Below are positions 51,532 through 60,529 of a stretch of 64,000 nt of DNA, one piece after another. Both the position numbers and the translations under genes were made by a program. The notes beneath the pieces are model-generated. The model made no database searches, was not told the origin of the DNA, and saw only the letters and a program-made list of their open reading frames with translations. The DNA comes from Nemertoderma westbladi (Eukaryota > Animalia > Xenacoelomorpha), in NCBI GenBank assembly GCA_032718475.1, contig JAUCBJ010007943.1, forward strand, positions 1 through 64,000. The letters are read 5' to 3'. The number at the start of each line of letters is the position of its first letter. The first letter of the stretch is position 1.

Positions 51532-54093
51532 TGTTAGCGGATTCAATTCCGCTAACCACCCCATAAAGTTGGGAAACGGCGCCTGTAAGCAATATTGGGG
51601 AGTGCGAGATTGATTGCCAATCAACCTCGTATCACCCCCAATAAACGGGAACGACAAAACCCCAAAGTGCCGTACACAATGGAGGTCAGAGGTTAAGCCT
51701 CCGGGAGAGAGAAAGTGACAGTAGAAAGGGGGGAAACACTCCCACAGAGGTGGGAGCCGAGAATTAGGTTATTAACCAATGGGGGGACAGGAAAGGCATC
51801 AGCTGAGTAATAAGGCCAACGTAGTGTAATATATTACCGGTTGGTGTTTCATATCATAATCAGTTTACTCAGTCAGTTAGGGCAGAACGGTAACACTTTA
51901 TTACCGTCGCCGCCACCGTGACCAACTACATCATATATCCTGTTTCGGGGACGCGTAAATAAACCATAACCGGTCGGGATCCTGTGATCCCGTCACAGTA
52001 ATAAAGTTACCAGCTACCAAAACTGTGACGTCGGAGTCAGCGACCGGCTCCGACGAGCCTATAACGCAACGAGGAGACAGCTGAAGGAAGCCAAGGAGGG
52101 AACAAAACTGGACCAGGTGAAACTAGAACAGCGACTAGGTGAGTCGAACAACACACTTTGATTATCTAGTTCGCTTTGGGCAAGGAGAGTTGGCGGGTGA
52201 GAGAGCGAGAGAGACCGCCACCGAACTGTTCGAACTGTGGCAATCTAGGGGTATAGAGCCCGGTGTAGTGTACATAGGGCCATACTTAGTGGATGCCAGG
52301 GGAATTAAGTTAGTGGGTTGGGCGGGACCGCGGGAGGGCGAATCCGAGGTTAACCCCGAGGATTTGGTCTCGTCGGTCGGTGAAAACCTCAGAAAGCGGG
52401 GGAAAGTTAGTAGGACGGAGAGGCGACGGGAGTCCGTCGCGACCGACAAGTCCTCTACATCCTCCGCAAAAGTAAGAAGGGTGTTAGAAATAGATCTGGC
52501 GTGCCAGTTGGATATGGTGGCGCTAGACCAAAAGGAGTTAGAGAGACAGTTGGAAGAGGGGAGTGCATTGTTGGAGAGAGAGAGAGAACTGGCGAGAGAG
52601 AATAAAGAGAGGGCCGAGAGGGTCGCGAGAAACTTTAGAGAGTATGAGGAGATAGAAATGAGGGAAGGAAAGGAGCGAGAGGCGAAAGAGGCGAGTGAAC
52701 GTAAAGAGCGAGGGGCGAGAGAGTAGAGTGAGCGAAAAGAGCGTGAGGCGGAGCGAAGCCGCGCGGCCGCGAGGCGGCTTGAGAGGATTGCGAGGGAGGC
52801 GGAGTTGGCCGAACAGAGCTTGCGAGAGGATGGGGAGAGAGAGAGAGCGGGAAAACGCGTGCGAGATGATATGCACGCCCGGTTGAGAGGGCTTATGCAA
52901 TATCAAGCCAAAGAGAAACGCCGATTGGAACTGGCGCAGTTGGGGCTATCGGAAAGTGAGGCTGGCTCAGGTAGTGTTTATGAGGAGCCAGAAGTTATGG
53001 AAACGTTTGTTAATACCCCACTTACTGGGACCGGACGACAGACCCAAGACTGGTGTAACGGCACAGGAGGGGAGGGTGAGGCCCGTCAGGAGAGAGTGGG
53101 TTGAGATAGGGGTTGAGTACAGAACGCGCGGAGAGAGTACGGGTGCAATTCAAGTGTGGGGGGGGGGGGGGGGGGGAGAAGTAAGAGGTAAAGCGAGGGA
53201 CAGGGAGGTCCGAGAGTTGGGGTGGAAGATAACTTAGAGTCAGTTAGAGCGGAGTTAGAGTGGAGAGAGTGTTGGGGAAACAAAAATTGTGTGAGAGAAA
53301 CCCACAATCGGCCCGACACGGGACGCCAGATGTCTTGGTGCAAGATAGATGAAGTTGTACCAAGACAGGGTAGCGATATCATACCCATAGGGAGCGGCCT
53401 GGAAAGCCGGCTCCGAAAAAATAACTCCACCCCACACCCGATAGTAGATCGGGCTCCAGCGGAATTGAAGCGCACTTGAGGTGGATGCTATCTTCTCACC
53501 GGGAAGATAGCATGGGGGGGAGTGTTAGCGGATTCAATTCCGCTAACCACCCCATAAAGTTGGGAAACGGCGCCTTTAAGCAATATTGGGGAGTACGAGA
53601 TTGATTGCCAATCAACCTCGTATCACCCCCAATAAACGGGTACGACAAAACCCCAAAGGGCCGTACACAATGGAGGTCAGAGGTTAAGCCTCCGGGAGAG
53701 AGAAAGTGACAGTAGAAAGGGGGGAAACACTCCCACAGAGGTGGGAGCCGAGAATTAGGTTATCAACCAATGGGGGGGACAGGAAAGGCATCAGCTGAGT
53801 AATAAGGCCAACGTAGTGTAATATATTACCGGTTGGTGTTTCATATCATAATCAGTTTACTCAGTCAGTTAGGGTAGAACGGTAACACTTTATTACCGTC
53901 GCCGCCACCGTGACCAACTACATCATATATCCTGTTTACTTAATATCTATCAATTGTGCTATCTGCTTTACTCAACTATATTTTATACACATAGTCATTA
54001 ATAATATCGGAACGATAATAAACTCTTTCACTAACGGCGGGGACGCGTAAATAAACCAAAACCGGTCGGGATCCTGTGATCCCGTCACATAAT
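51532..54093 (+). mobile_element. Non-autonomous LTR retrotransposon (Gypsy-like), two LTRs, gag-like ORF, no pol
   Basis: LTRs 51532-51997 and 53523-54089 (TG...CA) differ by ~7 substitutions, a 1-bp indel and a 100-bp indel. PPT GGGGGGGAG at 53514-53522. CCGT is duplicated at both flanks. Confidence 0.9.
52139..53104 (+). pseudogene. Gag-like / coiled-coil ORF of the LTR element (~321 codons) with one in-frame TAG at 52724-52726
   Basis: ORFs 52139-52726 and 52805-53104 are in the same frame and separated only by this stop. E/R-rich helical composition. GTG start; gag identity is inferred from position only. Confidence 0.55.
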
Positions 54094-55838
54094 CCGTCTC
54101 AGCAGGTCCCATAAGGTATACGTTTGGTTCCGTCCCAGCAGGTCCCAGGTGTCCGTTAGTTTCTGTCTCAGCAGGTCCCATAAGGTGTCCGTTTGGTTCC
54201 GTCTCAGCAGGTCCCATAAGGTATACGTTTGGTTCCGTCCCAGCAGGTCCCAGGTGTCCGTTAGGTTCCGTCTCAACAGGTCCCATAAGGTGTACGTTTG
54301 GTTCCGTCCCAGCAGGTCCCAGGTGTCCGTTAGGTTCCGTCTCAGCAGGTCCCATAAGGTGTACGTTTGGTTCCGTCCCAGCAGGTCCTAGGTGTCCGTT
54401 AGGTTCCGTCTTAGCAGGTCCCATAAGGTGTACGTTAGGTTTCGTCTCAGCAGGTCCCATAAGGTGTACGTTTGGTTCCGTCTTAGCAGGTCCCATAAGG
54501 TGTCCGCTTGATTCCGTCTCAGCAGGTCCATAAGGTGTCCGTTTGGTTCCGTCCCAGCAGGTCCCATAAGGTGTACGTTTTGTCCCAACTCAGCAGGTCC
54601 CATAACGTGTCCGTTTGGTTCCGTCTCAGCAGGTCCCATAAGGTGTGCGTTGTTCCCGTCTCAGCAGTTCCCATAAGGTGTCCGTTTGGTTCCGTCTCAG
54701 CATGTCCCATAAGGTGTCCGTTAGGTTCCGTCTCAGCAGGTCCCATAAGGTGTCCGATTGGTTCCGTCTCAGTAGGTCCCGTAAGGTGTCCGTTAGGTTC
54801 CGTCTCAGCAGGTCCCATAAGGTGTCCGTTAGGTTCCATCTCAGCAGGTCCCATAAGGTGTCCGTTTGGTTCCGTCCCAGCAGGTCCCATAAGGTGTACG
54901 TTTTGTCCCGTCTCAGCAGGTCCCATAAGATGTCCGTTTGGTTCCGTCTCAGCAGGTCCCATAAGGTGTGCGTTGTTCCCGTCTCAGCAGTTCCCATAAG
55001 GTGTCCGTTTGGTTCCGTCTCAGCAGGTCCCATAAGGTGTCCGTTAGGTTCCGTCTCAGCAGGTCCCATAAGGTGTCCGATTGGTTCCGTCTCAGCAGGT
55101 CCCATAAGGTGTCTGTTAGGTTCCGTCTCAGCAGGTCACATAAGGTGTCCGTTAGGTTCCATCTCAGCAGGTCCCATAAGGTGTCCGTTAGGTTCCATCT
55201 CAGCAGGTCCCATAAGGTGTCCGTTAGGTTCCATCTCAGCAGGTCCCATAAGGTGTACATTTGGTTCCGTCTCAGCAGGTCCCATAAGGTGTCCGTTTGG
55301 TTCCGTCTCAGCAGGTCCCATAAGGTGTCCGTTTGAATCCGCCTCAGCAGGTCCCATGAGGTGTCCGTTAGGTTCCGTCTCAGCAGGTCCCATAAGGTGT
55401 CCGTTAGGTTCCGTCTCAGCATGTCCCATAAGGTGTGCGTTAGGTCCCGTTCAGCAGGTCGCAAGGTGTACGTTATGTCCAACTGCAATACTACAGTTGC
55501 ACTTCAATTCACTGTAATCTATACTTTTCGAACCGCATTAATATTGCTATGAGAGTTCAAACTAAACGCACTATTGCCATTAGCACCTCATCGCACTCTG
55601 AAGCTAGCGTTGTCAGCTTTATCAGTGTTGATGATAGGTTTAGTGGATACAAGTTAACGCAAGTTTTAAATATTTTTTATCAGGGGTTGGGGGGCATCTG
55701 GCACAATTAAATTGAGTAAAAAATTATAAACAAAAACAAGACCCACCCCCCCCCCCCCCCTCCCCCCAAAAGTCTGAAATTTTTTTGAACGTTGTGTAGT
55801 ATTGCAAATATGAAATGACTTGGTTTGTCTCTGTTAAT

Positions 55839-56018
55839 GACTAGTGTTTAGGGGCCCCTCTGGCACGGAGGCCCTTACACAGACTAGTCTTTAGGGGCAC
55901 CTCTGGCCCGAAGGCCTTACACAGACTAGTCTTTATGGGCCCCTGTGGCCCGGAGGCCCTTACACAGACTAGTCTTTAGGGGCCCCTCTGGCCCGGTCCC
56001 GGAGGCCCTTACACAGAC
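55839..56018. repeat. 43-bp tandem repeat x4 with GGGCCC motifs, probably subterminal repeats of a hAT-like element whose end lies near 56935-56997
   Basis: GACTAGT at 55839, 55882, 55924, 55967; GGCCC-rich CCTAAATCCGGCCC terminus-like sequence downstream. Confidence 0.7.
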
Positions 56019-57473
56019 CCCGTAAATATTAATTGTAAGCGATTGATTGATAATTCGAAAATTATTTGGTTCATTGTGTGCAAAGTAGCACTTTGCAGCG
56101 TTATGACCCGAGTTTATTTATGTACCGAGCGAGCGCAGCGAGGGAGGTTTACATAAATAAACAAGTGTCTTCAACGCTGAAAAGTGACCTTTGCAAGCAA
56201 GTTAAACTGCATAAACCAAATATAATATTATATATCTGCTTCTTACAATGCAACGGCAAGAAGTTTAAACGCGTGAAAAATATACCTGGCAATATTCAAA
56301 ATTACATTTAGCGTTTTTGTACCCATTAGCTCAGTATATTTAAAAATCCTCAACTAAATTATTGGTACACATATTGCAAATACGTTGTTCCCTAACTACT
56401 CCATGCCATCGCATCGTCCCGTTTTTATATTAAGCCTATGCGATGAACATTTAAACTGCGCAAACAGTCTTCGCAAAGCTAAATGGTCACTTAACACATG
56501 TAAATATGTTGAGGGTTCGAAAATCTATTTAATATAAAATCTACCTTTTGGGGACGGTACCAACTGCTGATCTCCATAATTGCACAAACTGGTCGGTAAT
56601 ACGTTGTTTTGCTAATATAAGAAATCCTTTAACATCACCTACAGCTTGGTCTTGCCAGGCCCAACTAAATTAACATAAATGGAAATAATACATTCTGGAA
56701 TTAATACTACAGTAATTTAAGTAGTTTCTAGGTCATTGATTACTTTGCAGCGTTCCGTCCTATAGGCCGCAACGCTGCAAAGTGGTACTTTGCAGCGTTA
56801 CGAGTAATTCACCAGAACGCTGTTAAGTTGACATAATGTAACAATAATAATTGAAATATTATATTACTACAGTATAATAATTGAAATGGTCATCTTATTT
56901 TTAGAAAAACATTCTGATACAGTATTTTTGTGGGAGGCCCCCTTGTTGTGGTAGGCCCTAGACCGCGGCCTACTCGGCCTATGCCTAAATCCGGCCCACG
57001 CGCTAAATGCCAACAATGATCAGTGTAGAGAGATAAGCCTACAGTTGCAGTACGAATACAATACAGTTATAGTTTCAGTGATTCATTGAACATTGCCTAG
57101 TTTACATTCCGTTGCAACATCGATACGCAATATAAATCCCATTTGCCCATTTTATTTGCTGTTGTGCAGTAGGCTTTATTTTTTTAATTGTTAATTTATA
57201 TTTACAATTTAATTCATGATTTGGTTGCTGCAAGAGAGTAAATGTGTGTCACTTTGGGGTGAAGCCCGGGTAGATTCCGACGCCGGGGGTAGAGTCAGTG
57301 GATATTATGGATACACCCTAATATAATATATAATATTTCCCATTACGTTTCCTTTACGTTGTCCCGGGCAGCCGGGCCTTTTACACTATAACCGGTGTTC
57401 ATTTTTTAATTAATTTATACAACTTCAGAACTTTAATTATCTTAACTTTAGTTAGTGCACCATAAATGCAGAA

Positions 57474-58631
57474 ATGGATATTCCATTGAATGCAAATGAA
57501 TTAACAGCCCAGTGGGTTTCGAAAGTCTTCGAAGGGTCGAGATCGGACTGCGTTAATGTGAGAGTTACATCGTTGCGTCAGGAGAAAGCTCAAGAAAATG
57601 GTTTGCTGAGTTCCATATTTCGGGCCACCTTGAGAGTAACTTGGAACACCGGGCTGCAGGATGAGCGCGAGGTCTTTGTAAAGATAATGCCACCAGAAGG
57701 CCTCCACAGAGACATTGTTAGCAAATGCGAACTAGATAAAACAGAGGTTCTTTCTTACAAAACGCTGTTCAAGGATATAGAAAAGTTTCAATGTCATAAA
57801 TCTGATTGGGGATCAATTATACCGGAAATCTATGACGGGAATTTCAGCAATGATTGTAACAGAAGGGCCTATTATATTATGCTAGAGGATTTATCTTCCG
57901 AATATCAGATGGCGGATTTCAACAAAGGTTTGACAATGCGACAACTTGTGAAGTCATTGGAGGCTGCTGCATCTATTCACGCAACGGCATTTAGCTACGG
58001 CAAACTAAACAATATTAACTTTAGTGCTAAATATAAACATCTGACAACTTTTTTATTTAATCTGGAACACCGCAGAGGATTTGAATTTGTAATTGGAAAT
58101 ATTGATCTATTGGAACAAGGATTGGAAGAGAGTGGCAACGCATGTCTTTTACCTTATGTGAAACGAATAAGACCGAAACTGTTATCAACGTTTTTCGAGG
58201 TCATTAAGAAGGGAGGTTTCGAGAATTTTGTCATCAGTGCAGATTTATGGGCTAATAACGTGATGTTTAATAAGAACGACGATGTGAAGATTGTAGATTG
58301 GCAATTTACATCAATAGGTTCAATATTTCTAGATTTTGGAACATTGGCCTATTTAAGTATGAACCCCATGGATACGGAATGTGTGTTGGAAACACTTTGC
58401 GATAGCTATTTGCGTAGGTTTAGGGAGGTTTGTGAACGGCTAGGAACACTGGAACACGTGCCATGGGATATATCTATATTTATGGATCTGGCTTTGCAAT
58501 CGGGATTGTTTCTGGCATTTGTTTGGGGAGTTATGTCGTACACATTCGTTGATAAATATCCCAATGTAAGGGAGAGAATACATTGGGCCCTAAGGAAGAG
58601 TATAGGGGCAGCCCGGCATTTGTATGAGTAG
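57474..58631 (+). CDS. Intronless ecdysteroid-kinase-like (EcKL / CHK kinase-like, choline kinase-APH fold) protein, 385 aa
   Basis: Uninterrupted ATG-TAG ORF with VFVKI, IMLEDLS, A.IHA, SADLWANNVMF (HGDxWxNNxxF equivalent) and IVDWQF motifs. Confidence 0.85.
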   Translation: MDIPLNANELTAQWVSKVFEGSRSDCVNVRVTSLRQEKAQENGLLSSIFRATLRVTWNTGLQDEREVFVKIMPPEGLHRDIVSKCELDKTEVLSYKTLFKDIEKFQCHKSDWGSIIPEIYDGNFSNDCNRRAYYIMLEDLSSEYQMADFNKGLTMRQLVKSLEAAASIHATAFSYGKLNNINFSAKYKHLTTFLFNLEHRRGFEFVIGNIDLLEQGLEESGNACLLPYVKRIRPKLLSTFFEVIKKGGFENFVISADLWANNVMFNKNDDVKIVDWQFTSIGSIFLDFGTLAYLSMNPMDTECVLETLCDSYLRRFREVCERLGTLEHVPWDISIFMDLALQSGLFLAFVWGVMSYTFVDKYPNVRERIHWALRKSIGAARHLYE

Positions 58632-58749
58632 GCTAGAGTATCAAAACACCCAAAAGTTAAAGTTTAAAATTCAGTTAATTTTTTTATGTTATTTAATTTA
58701 CAAATAATGATTCGATTAATGAAATTAATTAAATAATAAAATTATTTTC

Positions 58750-58990
58750 GGTACGGTTTGTCCTATAGTAACTACCTCGATCGACTCAACTTTCTCACGT
58801 TACAATCTCTTGAACTAAGACGTATTATATTCGACCTGAAGATGGTGTTTTCTATTGAACGTAATTTAGTCGACCTCAATTTTGATGATTTTTTTTTACA
58901 GGCCCCCTCCAGACCTAGTTTAAGAGGACACAACAACAAAATATTCCTAAACCGAACCAGAGTTAACCTTTGCAAACATTTTTTGCTAAT
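58750..58990 (+). mobile_element. 3' fragment of a CR1-type LINE ORF2
   Basis: Y.DRL..L.LQSLELRR...DL.MVF...LRGH..K...R.R.N..KHF is characteristic of CR1 ORF2 C-termini. Confidence 0.7.
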
Positions 58991-59227
58991 CTTTATCTCA
59001 CTAATATTTAGTTGTAAGATAAAGTGGGTGTTACCCAAAACTCGCCACAAATACTGATAACTTTATGGAATTTGATCCAAATTTGCAATCCCGAAAAACG
59101 GGAACCCGAGAGTGATAACTCGGCCCGATCCCGGAAGTCCAGAAAAGTCTGATCCCGTTTAAACACTGCAACAAACCAGTATTATATCCGTATAATCCAG
59201 CTTGTTTGAGAATGAAATATCATGAGA

Positions 59228-59456
59228 GTCAGTCTCGCTCTCAAAAGGCGTCCCTTTGATCAAATATTTAAACGTGCCAGCTATAAACTGCTTCATTTTA
59301 AATGTTAACTGTTACTTTTAAATTATTTCAATGTGAGACAGAGAGTCTGGAATTTCAAAGCCATTTCAAAATCAATGCTACTTTTAATGCTATTCTATGG
59401 AAATATTTTGATCAAAGTTTGATCGAATGAAAGCTTTTTGAGAGAGGGACTACTGT
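59228..59456. mobile_element. Degenerate pogo/Tigger-like MITE
   Basis: Right end TTTTGAGAGAGGGACTACTG|TA is imperfectly mirrored by AGTCTCGCTCTCAAAAG on the left; TTTGATCAAA and AAATATTT motifs are also mirrored. Confidence 0.45.
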
Positions 59457-60529
59457 ATATAGCTAGTAATCGCTTCTACTGAAAAACTTTATATTTAAAG
59501 CACTGCACAGCTGTTCAAGATGCAACTGCAAGCAAGGGTAGTTCCGAGTTTAATCTTCACGTTTTGTGGTGATGTTAGTGAGAGTACGCCTACCGTAACG
59601 GATTTCCGTTTCACTCCTTAACAATTTTCTTATGTCATTTTCTTATCAGTTTTGTGGAATTGCTCAATCAAGCCGTACACAGCTTTCACAAGAATGTGGA
59701 TTGAAAATGATAAGGAAAAGAAATTGGGGTACCTTAAGCCGCGTTCACATTACCGAGTCAAAGTCAAAAGACAAATGTAAAATCAAAAACTATCGTTGCT
59801 TTTTACTGAGATGCGAACAACAATGGCTAGCCTCTCGTTTTGTCTGTAAGAGACTCAATGGCCCGTTTTATGCAGTTTTATGCATACCAATATACGACAA
59901 TCGTGGCTTAGATAGTCGTAATCCGCCAACTTACGATTCATTTAGAGTTACAACTGACGTAAATTTACGACTGTTTTATGCATACGGGCATATTGTGTCG
60001 AAACTTCGAAGATGGAAGTGTGAAATTATTTATTCAACACATGGATGTAGAAACAAAACGACAATGGGCGCGGTTGAGCAACGAATATACTGTACAGTAC
60101 ACCATGACAGGTAATATACAGTAGTGTCATTTTCTAATGACACGGACCCCCCCCCCCCCCCCCCCCCCCCGGATAGATATTTATACAGGTTTTCTATATA
60201 GATATTTCTACTGGTTGCTGGTTCCACTCACCGTCGATGACCCCATGAAGCCGGAATTTTCGATTTTGCTTTTAAATTTATTTTATAAGCGTTTTAAAAA
60301 TGTGTATTTTGCGAAATCGCACCCTATATATCGTAGCCATTCTTCACATTAGTCGTAATTATTTCATATCATTTAAAAAGCTTGCTTTGCAAGGATTCCA
60401 AATATGTAACAATATCTGAATTTCGTTGAGAAACAACTGATATATAGGCGTTCAAATATTGCAAGAATTATTGTTCGCTGTAGGCCATTTATTCTATCAA
60501 AACACAAAATACACAAAATTCTAGAATGT

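Larger units (their letters stand above)
51323..55480. repeat. 36-bp minisatellite (CTCAGCAGGTCCCATAAGGTGTCCGTTTGGTTCCGT, with 33-bp variants), split by an LTR element into 51323-51531 and 54094-55480
   Basis: 12-aa periodicity MGPAETEPNGHL in the ORF track; repeat phase resumes across the insertion. Confidence 0.96.

Noticed and set aside
52724-52726. Programmed UAG readthrough in the gag-like ORF
   Set aside because: No pol downstream and no recognisable readthrough context; a point mutation is simpler.
700-55480. Regular 33-41-bp repeats as possible CRISPR arrays
   Set aside because: Units are head-to-tail with no unique spacers, there are no cas genes, and the context is eukaryotic.
53972-55552. 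(MGPAETEPNGHL)n and related ORFs on both strands
   Set aside because: Translations of a 36-bp minisatellite interrupted by an LTR element and frameshifts; no unique coding flanks.
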